Assembly: GCA_012295275.1 (NCBI GenBank)
Contig: CM022669.1
Location: forward strand, 496,001 to 560,000
From: Chrysomallon squamiferum
Lineage: Eukaryota > Animalia > Mollusca
Direction of reading: 5' to 3'
Length of the DNA: 64,000 nt
Positions 1 through 14,500 of this stretch are shown piece by piece. The notes below the pieces were generated by a model that was not told where the DNA came from, searched no databases, and saw only the letters and a list, made by a program, of their open reading frames with translations. A program made the translations under genes and the position numbers. Numbering within the stretch: the first letter of the stretch is position 1; each line of letters opens with the position of its first letter.

Positions 1-19
1 ATAATAATAATAATAATAA

Positions 20-54
<35 letters not shown>

Positions 55-998
55 AATAAAATAATAAAAGAAATGTATTTTCTGAATATTACACCGTGAC
101 GTTCTTAGCCAATCCAAATTTGATAATGACGTAGCGCGGATACACTTCCGGAACAGGACAGAAAAACGGCGGTAATCAGGCGTATGACTGAAATTGTCGT
201 TGACGGCTGCTATCGGATTGTGGAACTCGGTTGTCATGATATTTGTCACGAAAATGAGGACGACTTAAAGGTTTTTTGTAGGATTTTTTTTTTGTTCTCT
301 CTTCTATAAGGAGAGCTGATAATATAATGACATGAATCAATACAACCTTGCTGTACTGAAATACACTGTAAACCAAGCTATTGTTTGTACGATCACAATA
401 CTACGGTGGTGTCTGCGGGATTCAGAACACAGCGCTGTATACACATTTACATCGTCACTGCTGAGATTGATCAGAGCAAATTATTGTTTTTTCTTAGACT
501 GACAGAATACATTTACCTGCTTACAACTCAGCATATAAACACTGAAAACTGGATGGATATATTATATTTCCAAGATAACAAAAAAAGATGAAGATATCAG
601 TTTCCAAATAAAGTTATTTTGAACTAGACTCATACTTTGACGTTTTTGGCGTTAATGAGTTTTTATGTTTTTTCAAGTGATTAGCTTTCATATATGGTAG
701 ACAAATAGTTATCCCTTATACATTAATATATACTGACATTCGTACACACGCATACACACATACATACATACACATAGCATAGCGTTCAACAACAACTACA
801 TAAAATGATATTTTAAACAAATATACATTTTAAGTATCTGAACAATATATGTGATAAAACATTTGTTTTAAAATTTTAAGTTTTAAAAGAAAATTAGAAC
901 GTTTATTTATTTTTATATATATGTATAAATTCATTTTTTTATTCATTTTAAGAAGTGATCTCAACATTTATATTATTTGAAAAGATGCTATACAGAAA

Positions 999-1029
<31 letters not shown>

Positions 1030-2808
1030 TAAAAATACGAATGATAAAAGTTTGATAGTAAAATCAGATCACGTGAGAGCTCATTGCTGTGTTTACATTT
1101 TGTGTTTTAATTACTCATAACGCGATCTAACGAACAGAAAACAGCAAAAGAATTTTATAATCTTGTGCTCTGTTAGAAATTTCTATTATATTTTGTTTTA
1201 TGTAAAAGCTAATTATTTTCGTTTGGAATTATACTATGAAATCTTCCACGTTATTTAATACGAAGTCAAAGAAGTTATTTGTTTTTTGAGAAAACATGTT
1301 TGTAAGGAATGAACTAACATTTAAAGTAACTTGTTGGCACATACATAAAGTGAAAATACCTGAGTTCTTTTTCAACTCGACTTGAATGTGAAACACCATG
1401 CTTCTTAAACATATGTTTGGTAATATTGGCATGTTTTCATTTGAGATTTCTGTTAAACTCATCACAAAGAATTTTATTAGTGAATCCCAAAATAAACTCA
1501 AAGTGAAATGGGTTCTTTTATAAAATAACGCGAAAACACCGTTTTCCATTTTTTTAAATACAAAAATCTTCTTCATTTTGTTCAGGTTTATTTTTATTAT
1601 TATTATTATATATATATATATATTTTTTTTAACCTTTTAAATTTTCTATAGCGAATCTTTAAAATACCAGTTTGCATACAGATAGTTTGATTAAACTGCT
1701 TTATTTACTAATTCATTATCATCTCTCGCACCTCATCCATCCATCCATCCATCCATCCATTCATCCATCTATTCATCTATTCATTCATTCATTCATCCAT
1801 CGCCATCTGTCTGTGTATCAATATATCTATTTCTTCACACACAAAATTACAAAATTACAGAGCATAAATGCTAACGTAACAATCCTATATAATTTTCCTA
1901 AATCAAATAAACACAAAAATAACTTGTTGTTTTTGTCTCCAAGCGATCATTAATTTGTGGTGAAAAGAAAAGAAAACTGTATCGAATTTAGCAAGATTCA
2001 GATCTGCAGTGTAAGTAGAAATGACTAGACTTTCTGTGTATACAAACCGATATATATTTGTTTAATAATAAATTTACAAAAACTTCTTGTGATTATTAAG
2101 AAATCTCATATGAAAAGGTCCCGTTTACAGCTCAGATATTAAATATGTTTAAACTTTCTTCTGTCTGAACAACACAGATCACAGCTGAGATAATGTACCT
2201 ACAAGATGTGGGATTTAAAGGGAAGTATAACGATGAGTTTTATTCTTTTTGGCTTATCTGAAGGCAGTCATCACTTTTTTACAAGTGTTACTTAGTTCAG
2301 AAGCAGTTTAAGTTTTTCCTTTTTCCTTTTTTTTTTTTTTTTTTTTCAGCTTTGTTTCATATGTGTGTGTGTGTGTGTATGTATGTGTGTTTGTGATAAC
2401 CTTGAAACAAAGCTGCAACGAAAAAATAAATAGTAAAAAATAAAAAACTTACTCTCAGCTATACTATATATATATTGAAAGTTAAACGTGGTAGTTTTGT
2501 CAACATTTACAATAAGCGGTTGGGGTTTTATTCACTAGGGTTTTGCCCTTTTGGGTTTTGTCCTCATCTCCATTTCTTCATGTGTTTTAATTGTTTGTTT
2601 GTTTGTTTTGTAGCAGACGGGCGAAGGTGGATGTGTTCTAACTGGAAATAAACTAAACCAGCAACGACAAGACAGTTCATTTGTCTTCTTGATAAACACT
2701 TAGAACTTTAAACTAAAAATACTCGAGACATTACTGAACTACACTTATGTCAACCTGTTTTATTATCAGTTCATTTGTAAGACTTTCTGACAGTGTAGAA
2801 TACGACTA

Positions 2809-2861
<53 letters not shown>

Positions 2862-3371
2862 TAATAGTAATAATAACTATAAAAAAGAAAAGAAAAAAGC
2901 TCTTTGTATGGAAAGCAGTACTTGTACGTACTAAAACGCCACATTGGTGCCAGACACGGTGGGTTATTTCATACCTGTCGCCATTACAGATTGTTTTGTT
3001 TGTTTGTGAGAACAATGCTGTAAGCCAGAATGTTATACCAGGCACAGGTTGCTTTCGTTAATTCTGTTTGTCAATATGTCTGTGTGTCTCGTGTGTGTTT
3101 GATGTGTGTGTGTGTGTGTGTGTGTGTGTGCTATCTTTTTATTTTGTTACATTATTTTTATTGTTTCTAATATATATTTTTTATTTATTTAATTTAATTT
3201 TTTATTATTATTTTTGATTATCAAACCATATTATTAATGTTATTGGGAAACGTTATCTGAATGATATGGTTTTGGTAAGAAACACAAAATAATTATATAT
3301 TTACGTGGTTTTACTGGAAGTAAGTTATCTCTAGCTAATTTTGTAATATCTGTTTTTATTTGAAGACAAAC

Positions 3372-3562
3372 CTGCACACAGCTTCGGCGTCGAAGTGTTT
3401 CGATGTGCGGTGATCAATGATGACGACGTCGTGACGTTTTTCTGTGAAGCATTCCACCGCGCGTTCGGCAGTCCGTGTCACGTGACACTGATGACCTTGG
3501 CGATCGGCGGCCGTCCAGAAAGCCTCACTCTGGCTGTCATCTTTGGCAAAGACGAGAAGAAT
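3372..3562 (-). CDS. PDE8: PDE8 phosphodiesterase, coding exon 3 (REC-like domain); gene continues left of window
   Basis: Acceptor tttatttacag| and donor AG|gtttgt, 191 nt, phase 0 to 2. Encodes ILLVFAKDDSQSEAFWTAADRQGHQCHVTRTAERAVECFTEKRHDVVIIDHRTSKHFDAEAVCR, closely resembling the PDE8B receiver-like region ([23 protein letters not shown]...IDHR...FDAEAVCR, recalled). Confidence 0.93.
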
Positions 3563-3918
3563 CTGTAAATAAAAACAAGCAAACAACAATAACAAGAGTG
3601 ATACAACAAATTACTAACAGATTTCGGTTACTGTAATAATACCACTAGATGAGCCCTGTAAACTCTCTTCCAAACACATTTAAAAAACAAAAACAAAAAA
3701 AACAACCATTTATATTACTTATAACACACTTTAAAACACGAGTTTTTATTTCATCTCCCATTATTTATTATATACATGTTGATGTATGTGTATGTCTCTG
3801 TGTGTGTGCGTGTGTGTGCGTTTGTGTGTGTCATATTTTTTTCTCTCTCTTTCACCTTAACAGTAACCCTTTATCGCTAACCAGAATAATAAAAAAAAAT
3901 TTGAACCAATCTGAAATC

Positions 3919-3950
<32 letters not shown>

Positions 3951-5320
3951 GGGGGATAGAAAGTGTTTTGCTTATCACTTGGAGTTTAACAAGGTTCACT
4001 TCTGTCACTTATTTTATTTATTACCTTGCTTAATGATAACAGTTTAAACTTGCCGGCGATCAAGTTACGCTAAGAAGAAGACGGTTATATTTATTCTGAG
4101 ATAATTTTACTAATTGAAAAACATGTCAGCTACAGTAAGCTGCTTGTATAACTAAAGACAGAGCTGAGAAGTGTGTAAGTTATTAATCTAGAGTTTATTT
4201 AACAACGCAACTACGTTCAGACTGTCACACTAGCTGTCAACTACTCTATACATTGTAATGATGATGTTGATGATCTAATAAAAAAAATATATTCTTTTTT
4301 TATAAACTCTCCCGGTTTTACAAATTGTGATTCATTTCGTGCGCCTCTACAGCTTTGTCTAGTTTCACCTTGTTCAGTTCTAGTCAACAAGACGTCGGTT
4401 AAAATAGAGAAAACTTTTTTACTTTTTTTTTTTTGTGCAAATTATATTTCATGCTTATTTTGTTGCTGTCATTTGCAATATTTGTCATGTAGGAGAAAAA
4501 ATAAATAAAAGACGTATGTTATAACTGTAAAAATGAACACAGTAATAACAATTAACACAGCTAACAGTGAAAATGACGGAGTTTAAATGTTCATCAGGTG
4601 AGATACCATTAGTATTGAATATTTCACATGAAAATTGTTTATATTTGTCATTATTTTACTGTTATTTTTGTAGAAACATTATCACCTACTTAAACGATCA
4701 CAATAAAACCTTGAAGTGTGTTTCTTTTCAGGTTTTATAACTAACAAACTGGGTTGCCTGTTATGACGTGTAAACCTCGTTACAACAACCTGACGTAGGA
4801 CACACAAACTGTTAATGTAACGAATCTAGATTAGAAAACTGATCTTAAACGACACAACATTTGCTGTTTATTGACTCAGTCTCGTCCTTGGTTGGTACTT
4901 GTTCTGCGCGTGCAGCGAGGAAGGAAGCGCCTCCTGCCGGTGATTTCGACCAGTTACCCAATTATTAACACTGGATAAAGACTTCGCTTGTTGAGCTTGC
5001 GGCGGGGAATCCTGCTTGTAAAGTTTCAATTTGACGGAGCTTTTGACAGTTAATGACATAAAATAAAGTCAGCAAATAGCTAACAGGAAGCTGAGCACAC
5101 GAATTTACAGCGTCGTCTTCATGTAATCTGCAGACCACAACATGCTCCACGCCGTCTTTTCATTCAGCTCTTTCTGTTATCATCATCATCATTATTATTA
5201 TTATTATTATTATTATTAATTTTTTTTTTATTTTTATTTAACTGAAATGTTTGATATTCTGATATAATACCTGTCATTATTCGGGCTGCTTTTATAAAAA
5301 AGTAATAATAATAATTAAAA

Positions 5321-5351
<31 letters not shown>

Positions 5352-5579
5352 AATAATAAATAATAACAATAACAATAACAACAACAACAACAATAATGTA
5401 AATAATGTATCTATAATCAATCAATCTATCTGTCTGTCTGTATTTGTTTCTTCACCAATATTTCTTTTTTTTCCCCCTTTAAATCAGGTGTTGTGTAGTT
5501 ACACCTCCAGTTCTTCAACCATCAAATAAACAAATAAACAAAGAAGTAAACAAAGAAACGTTAATGAAATTTCACTCAC

Positions 5580-5636
5580 ACACATGGAGCGCTGGCGAAG
5601 CCTCATGGGACCGTAGTAAAGCTCGTGACCGGTATT
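5580..5636 (-). CDS. PDE8: PDE8 coding exon 2 (57 nt, absent from the ORF track)
   Basis: Acceptor ttgtttttcag| and donor TGT|gtgagt. Encodes NTGHELYYGPMRLRQRSMC, containing the PDE8 GPMR motif; phase 0/0 joins exons 1 and 3 in frame. Confidence 0.9.
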
Positions 5637-6533
5637 CTGAAAAACAAAGCAAAACATCAGTTACCTCGTCTTCACACTGAGACAATGGAAAGATTATAGC
5701 AAAACCACAGATATATATTTCTTAATTTTTTCCCCAATACTTTGTGTAATTATTTAAAATAGCAGCTGTCAAGTTGCAGAAAAGTCGAGATATCGCGATA
5801 TGATCTGAACCTGGGTAACAACGTGCATTTGTTTACATTTTTTGTGTTTGCTGCTGTATTTAATGACAAATAAATAATTGAAAATGTAATTATCCCGAAG
5901 AAAACCGACCATGTTAGACACGCATCAAAGACGCATTAATAAATTAAATTAGAACAAAATATAAACATGTTTTTATAAAGATAATTTCATTCTCGCAAAC
6001 AAAACACGGGCTGATCACTGTACAAAGCCGAACTGCTTCTTGTAATAGAAGAATATCACATACATTCACTGATCTTAGTGATCAAACCTACTAAGCCTCT
6101 CCCCCATTTACCCCGTATAGCTATATAATTATATGTATTGTATAGCATTGTAAATATATAACTCCAAAATTATATATTTACAAAGCTATACAATATGTTC
6201 AACAAAAAACAAGATTTGGCTATTCGGCTCATTATTTTACGACAACAAACAACGTCGTGGTTGTTAAAGAAACACATTATTAACATGTAATGCAGGGTCA
6301 ATGACACGGTCACGCTTGACTGGTTAACTTTAGATACAAGGATTTTTATTTTACAATTCACTGGGTTTGTTAGAAATTCATGTATCGAACAACTGAATAA
6401 TTTAAAACGGATAAACATAATAAAATAATAATGACAAATAAATAAATATAGAAAGAAACAAATAAAATCTGATATAATAAAAGTGGATACAACGTGTAGA
6501 AAAACAAAGCCATACCCATATGTATATAAATAA

Positions 6534-6614
<81 letters not shown>

Positions 6615-6801
6615 ATGTATGTGTGTATGTATGTATGTATGTATGTATGTATCTATGTATGTATGTATGTATGTATGTATGTATGTATAAAATTATTTAT
6701 CAGTACTAAAAACTGCAAGGATAAAAGTTTAAACAGGTATAAATTATTTGTCCTAATTAATATGATAAATTACACTTTTAAGATATTGATTTATTGCTAA
6801 T

Positions 6802-6835
<34 letters not shown>

Positions 6836-8025
6836 CAATCTGTTAAAACTCTAACAAGCGCTGAGTAACATTAAAATATCAAAATATTTCAATTTACATC
6901 CGTGTGTTAAAATATTTCAGTTTCAGAAAAAAAAAGTCATTTTTATGGTAAATATTTTTAGTCGTATATTTAACTGTATGTCAAAGATGAGTATAACAGA
7001 TTCTAGAAACATGCTAAGTTTATCATAGAGAATGGATAACAATGTGTTTATTTACAAACTCTCTATATTCCTAGTATATCAATTAAAACTGTTATTCCCT
7101 AAAAGTAAAACTTACATACACTACTTACAGCTAACGACAGACTGGTGAGGAATGCTAAACAATTGAAACAATAGTATGACGTCACTTTATGGTTTATCAG
7201 GATAATGTTTTAGGATTTAAAACATCGTAACTATGGCAAACTAAAACAGGTAAATTTATTCTTTGTCCTGTTTATGGTCATTTTTTATATGTATATCGCC
7301 GTGTGTGTATGTGTATGTGTATGTGTCTGTGTGTGTGTTCGTGTGTGTGCAGTACGCATACACGCATAATACACTTAACAAGTATAATTCATGTGAAAGA
7401 GAAATTTATTAAACGAACTGACTCATACACGTATAGATATACTGGTTTACACATACTCACATGTCGTCCTCATACACACACATTTCAACTCAGATATATC
7501 TGTGCTTATTGTTTTTAGGGGTATCTATTATACTTATCTTCTTTCAGTTGTATTGCAATGAGATGTAATGTAAATGTCAAGTTAAGTTTATGCAAACAAC
7601 GTATGAAGAAACAGCTGTCTAAAACACATTTCCCCTCTCTGACGTCTGCACGTGCTAGCATCCTTCACTTGCAGCTGGCGAGTGTCACCAGCCTCGCTCT
7701 GATCACAACGAACTGATCAACAGTTTCAGTCTGCTGTGTAGCAGACGCACTTCACTGTGAACCGAGCTAAACAATTACATTCTAACGCAGATCTAGCGAG
7801 CTACCTCACAGGACATAACCGCTGTCGTTTGTACCTATTCTCATAATAAAAATAAACAAATAAACCCAAGCATCAGAATGTTATGAAGAGGCTTGTTTGA
7901 ATATTTAGTGTATTATACAAATGATACTTTAAGACTTCTTGTAATTTTCTTTCTAAATAACATTATTACTGTTAGTTTTCTAGTAATTTTGGTTTTAAGG
8001 GATAGATAGATAGACACAGAGATAG

Positions 8026-8083
<58 letters not shown>

Positions 8084-8920
8084 GGGAGGGAGGGAGGGAG
8101 GGAGGGAGGAGGGAGGGGAGGGAGGAGGGAGAGGGAGGGAGGAGTCACATCCAGCCATGTTGAGAAGCTATTTTACTTTAAATTAAAACGAGGCTGATTG
8201 TGTTAAAATGTTAGATTTATTCCAAGAGCGATGTGAATTGAATAGCGTTTCTTTACGATGCTGCATTTTGGCCTGTCCCAACAGTCAATGAAGCAAGTAA
8301 TTTTTTCAGCCACAAACTGGTAATAACACTACACTTTACCGTTCTTCCAATTTCGTCAGCACTCCATGCGAAAACCTAGAGGTTGATTGATAGACAGACA
8401 CACTGACGGATGGCTAAACGCAATCAGAACGGAGGCCTGTCTATAATTAGTCATGAACGAGCTGTGTGCCCGGAGCTCCCGGCAATTGGGTTCTTAACAA
8501 GTATAGGTCGGAAACACGTCGTAGCCACTCACTAATGGCGCTCGAGTTAATCGATTTCACGAATCGGGCAGTTCGTACAGGAACAGTACATCACTGATTG
8601 GAGGCGAGTGCGATTTGACCCGAGTCACACAGCTCACCCTGGACAAGTAGTTTTCAAAACACGATCAATGCGCTGATTGATTATTACATTAAAATGCATC
8701 GATCAGATTCACGTAATTTTGTACGTTTCCTATACTAGAAAATTTTAAACTTTTGTATAATTGTTTCTCTTTAAGACATTTTTACCTTCATATCCTGTTC
8801 CTCAGTGCAGTGTGGATGAATCAGTTAAAGAAACTACCAACATAAAATATTCAGTTTAGTGTTTATTTTAAAAATTAAAAAAAAACTTTCTTTCTATTAT
8901 TATTAGTGTTATCGTTGTTG

Positions 8921-8979
<59 letters not shown>

Positions 8980-9819
8980 TGTTCGTTTGTTTGTTTGCCT
9001 GCTTATGAATTGATTAAAAACCTTTCCAACGTTATATTTGTACATTTATAAGTAGGTGAACCGAAAATAGTTTTGCAGTTTGAACGTACACAGAGTGCTA
9101 AAGATTTCAATATAGTAAGTAGCCGTCGCAGGAACGTATGTGTATTGTGTATACTTCTACACAACAACGTCAACAGAAATAATTACAAAACGATCTAATG
9201 TGAATGTTACTTGAAAGGGAATAAAAAGAAGTGAAATACTCAATACTCTGAAAACGAATTACTGTCTTGTGTCTGGATAGAAAGACTGAATTCTTAATTA
9301 GTTGTCACCCGCCAGAACTTTGTAGTGGAGATCTGACACGTACTGGACAAAAGTTGTCACCCCCCCCCCAAAAAAAAACAAACAAAGAAACAAACAAACA
9401 ACTACAACAACCCTAAAACACCCCCCAAAAAAAAAAAAAAACCTCTATAAAATGAACAACTAATAATCATAAAAAACACAACAAAAACTATGTAATGATC
9501 GCAACTGAAACAATGCAATGATTGTAACAAAAACAAAACAACATAAGGGTAATAACAAAAAAACAACGTCATGACAGAAACAATGTAATGATCGTAACAA
9601 CAAACAAGGTAATGACTGTAATTAAAACAACGTAATGATCATCTAGATCAGCAAAACAAAACATGTCAAAAGAAAATAACCAATTTCCACCTCCTAGTTA
9701 AATTCCAGTTAATTAAAAACATAAATATGTATATAGTTAAACACACACACACACACACACAAAAATATACATTCGCACAAATAATACAAACACACACACA
9801 TACATACATCTTATCATTA

Positions 9820-11135
9820 GTAAGCACTTATATCTTATAGTAATTGAATTGCTTATAATTAGTATACACGTATATATTATAGTAACTGAACTTTTATCAT
9901 TAGTATACACGTGTATCTTATAGTAACTGAACTGTTTATAATTAGTATACATGTATATCTTATAGTAACTGAACTGTTTATAATTAGTATACATGTACAT
10001 ATTATAGTAAATGAACTGTTTATCATTAGTATATACGTACATATTATAGTAACTGAATTGTTATCATTAGTATATACCTGTATCTTATAGTAAATGAATT
10101 GCTTACCATTAGTATATACTGATCTTATAGTAAATGAATTGCTTAATTAATTACGTATATTATAGTAACTGAATTGTTATCATTAGTATATACCTGTATC
10201 TTATAGTAAATGAATTGCTTATCATTAGTATATACGTACATATTATAGTAACTGAACTGTTTATAATTAGTATACACGTACATATTATAGTAACTGAATT
10301 GTTATCATTAGTATACATACGTACATATTATAGTAACTGAATTGTTAATCATTAGTATATACGTACATATTATAGTAACTGAATTGCTTATCATTAGTAT
10401 ATACGTACATGTCATAGTAACTGAACTGTTTATAATTAGTATACACGTGTATCGTATAGTAACTGAATTGTTAATAATTAGTATACACGTGTATCTTATA
10501 GTAACTGAATTGTTTATCATTAGTGTATATATCTTATAGTAAGTGAAATGTTTATAATCAGTATATACGTACATATTATAGTAACTGAATTGCTTATCAT
10601 TAGTATATACGTACATATTATAGTAACTGAATTGCTTATCATTAGTATATACGTACATATTATAGTAACTGAATTGTTATCATTAGTATATACGTACATA
10701 TTATAGTAACTGAATTGTTTATCATTAGTATATACGTACATATTATAGTAACTGAATTGCTTATCATCAGTATATACGTACATATTATAGTAACTGAATT
10801 GCTTATCATTAGTATATACGTACATATTATAGTAACTGAATTGTTTATAATTAGTATATACGTACATATTATAGTAACTGAATTGCTTATCATTAGTATA
10901 TACGTACATATTATAGTAACTGAATTGTTATCATTAGTATATACGTACATATTATAGTAACTGAATTGCTTATCATTAGTATATACGTACATATTATAGT
11001 AACTGAATTGTTATCATTCGTATACACATGTATGTTATAGTAACTGAACAGTTCATCATTAGTATACACGTACATATTATAGAAACTGAATTGTTTATCA
11101 TTCGTATACATGTATATCTAACAATAATTGAACTG
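9820..11135. repeat. 41-42 bp minisatellite, about 30 copies, in PDE8 intron 1
   Basis: Unit TATAGTAACTGAATTGCTTATCATTAGTATATACGTACATAT; accounts for the repetitive ORFs at 9737-11191. Confidence 0.95.
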
Positions 11136-12206
11136 CTTATTATTTGTACATTATTAGCTTGAAAAAAAAAAAGAAAAAAAAAGAGGGACAATAATAATAT
11201 TGATAAATTTCAGTCAAAAGATAAAACACTGCATACACGAAGCAGCAGATTGTAGGAAGAAACAGTTGGATAAACTTACCATGTTTTACTGCTCACAGTG
11301 TTCTCATTATCAAAGTTACACTACTGCCAGCATGGTGGGTGTTCAGTTTCGGTCACTCACCCGTCAAGACGGAGGGACAGTTTCAGTGTGAGTCGCCCAC
11401 ACCTTTGAAGTGTTTTAACAAGGCAGAGATGTAGTAACGCTGGTGTTACACAAAGTGAGTATGTCCGATCTAACATGTGGTAAAGTCATTCATAAACAAA
11501 GACATTCATTTATCATTTGAGTATCGCATTCCCAACCACCGCGGAGGAATGACCTAGAAAGATATCGGCTGTTGATTTGTGTTTACATTGATATATTGCC
11601 ATTACACGCTTGTTTTGATCGCAGACGACAATGCTGTGTCGACAGACAAATTCTTGACTACAACCCCAATAGGAAAATAAACAATAAAATAAAACATCAC
11701 TTGTAAATATTTAGTACGAAGATACCTCTCCCCCTTTTTACACACACACAGACACACGGACACGCACAGACACACACACACACAGACACACGGACACGCA
11801 CAGACACACAGACACACACACACACACATCAGTTATTAATTCCACCAACTGTTTGTTGACATTATTTATTTATTTAATAAAAAACATTAAGAAAATTTTC
11901 AGATCGTCAGTGACGTTGAAATTTTGTAATTCATTTTAAAAACAAAGATACTGGGATCGTCTGCTGGATACAACTCTAACACACTGACCGACAAAGCCCG
12001 GCTCCAGACCAGTGTTCGAAGGTTAGCACTGAGTACAAACACAAACATACGTAAACACGTCATTACAGGCGTACACCCTCATAAATTACTCAAATAGACG
12101 ATCAAAGGTCAGATCTACAAACTAAAATATATTGATAATAACCATCCTCTCTCCTTCCCTCTGTCTATCATCGGTCTCTCTCTCTCCCTCACACACACAC
12201 ACACCA

Positions 12207-12271
<65 letters not shown>

Positions 12272-14409
12272 ACACACGTCAGACACACACTAGTACGGAG
12301 GTTACCACTGACAAGAGGTGACTCAGCTAAAAGCCGAGTTATCTCAGTGTTTGGTGTCGGCAAGCTGCCCGCGCGTTTCAGGGTCACTGCAGGATGATGT
12401 CGCTGTCGCTGTTTCAAACGTGGACGACGTCTAAGATGCACACACAGCAACTTTCAACTTCAAACTGTAATAACGCCATATTTTTATTTATTTATTCTGA
12501 GCGATATAGTTAATAGTATTTTATTCTTGCTGCTGTTGTTGGTATGTTTATTTGTGTTTCGTTGTCTTTTTCCCCAGTAACATCATCATTTTAACTAAGT
12601 GTAGGGCCGACAGGTGAAACAGCCCTACCTCTCCCCACCCCCGCCTCTGTGAGTGAAACGCCCTGAGGTAAACACTGCTCGTCAGGTCATACAAGTGACC
12701 GAAGAGTCTGTTTTACAGTGTCTTGTTTGTATCACAGACAAACCATGATGCATTTTTTTTGTAACAAGTGTAAGCTACAAGCAGTTTCCGCACGTGCCAC
12801 TTAGCGCCATTGTAGCCGATTACAATGAAGTTAACAGTATGCTGTGTTATCGGAACTGAGTGGAATTATAACTGGGACATGAAAACAGAGGGAAAGATAA
12901 ATAATTAAACTGAACATATCACTGAGGACGAGAAACGCGGGTAGAAGTGTATAACATACAAAACTCTATCACTTTACACATGAATGATTTGTCAATAAGG
13001 AAAGATTTTTAATTTTTTTAAAAAAAATTTATACTTTTTTATCATTTTTTTTAATTGTTATTATTATGATAACATGATGCACATAAATTTAGTCGATTAG
13101 TTACATTATTAGAGAGTAATATTATATATTATTATTATTTTGTTTGTTAAAAATGTTCTCACATGGATGTTTCTGTTATTGTTACTAGGCTGTTTTATTA
13201 TGATGTTGTTATAATGCTGCTGTCGTCGTTGTCAAATCGATATCGGATGTAAACACTGCTAGCAGACTAGGTAAGGTTAACTGTTTCATAGTATTTAAGT
13301 TTTGTCTAAATCGTGTTTGGTTTTGTAGCAGCAACATGTCCCTTATATCGCCAGCCGAGTGAGCGAGTGTTACGTGAGCAGAGAAAGAAACGAGAGCAGA
13401 CGAAGATGTGAGGAAGTGGGGTAGTATGGAACAAACATACCTGCATGTTATCTTGTAACTAGGTATCCTTCTGACGTCACCACATTCTTGGGAACATGCA
13501 GCACACACACACCAGCTGATTGACATACCACAAGAGCTGACATCCCCAAACCTCGTTTAAGAGAATCCTCTTAACCCGAGGACGATACCATTTTTGTTCA
13601 AATAGAGGGGTGTAGGTTTGTCACAGTTCAATAACATTCGGGTGTTTAACATTTTTTTTTTTTTTTACTTTTTTTTCGTCTGTACATTTCAGTGCGAGCG
13701 AGGTTACGTGAAACACTGTTAACTAAGCGACATATAAAACCTAACTGAAGTTTTAACAGCTGTTCATGACACTTTCAACTCATGCATTATTATACTTTTA
13801 TGATGATTTTCAAAAATAAACTGAAACAGATAGAGGCGTTAAGTATAATTTTATTAATGTCTTCGAGCAACAAATTAATACACAACAACAACAACAGTAA
13901 TTACAATAATAATTATTATAAAATATCACTTTTATCAGTACTTCCACTACTACTACTGTTATTATTGCTACCTCTGCTAGTATTTCTAATATTTCTACTT
14001 ACTACTATTATTATTTTAATACAGCTGATTCTACTACTGCTAGCACTATCGCTTTCATGATCACTAGTACTAATACAGGTACTACTATTGCATTACAACT
14101 GCTAGAAGTACTAGTACAATTATAGTGATGCCTCGTATATCGAACGTAATCGATTTAAGAAGGCCGTTTTCCTCATTAGAAACAGCATGTTCCCAGACCA
14201 TAAATAATTTAACACAATTAAATGTCCTAAATAAATAAACACATGAAAACAATATTTATCTGTTTATGTGCTTTTTCCCACACAGTACGTTCTCAGTGTT
14301 TGACACGAAGTCTTGCAGTATGAATGGTTAATAACCCAGTGATAAAACACATCACAAAAACTGAAAGATATCAAATTACGATAACAACCACTTCAGAGAG
14401 CTAGCTACA

Positions 14410-14500
<91 letters not shown>

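Noticed and set aside
1229-1576. 115-aa ORF with LFWD, faintly like a LINE ORF2 C-terminus
   Set aside because: No intact Cys/His knuckle or RT motifs, and it is not the expected next PDE8 exon; too weak to call.
3372-3562. Bacterial-type receiver domain as horizontal transfer or contamination
   Set aside because: The REC-like domain is a known feature of animal PDE8 and is bounded by spliceosomal introns.
9737-11191. Repetitive ORFs (MYVYTNDKQFSYYN)n
   Set aside because: Translations of a 42-bp minisatellite in several frames and both strands, broken by 41-bp units; no splice or codon support.
11355-11480. Minus-strand donor GG|gtgagt with an upstream ORF MLDRTYSL...
   Set aside because: Phase 2 is incompatible with PDE8 exon 2 and there is no homology; it could only be an untranslated exon.
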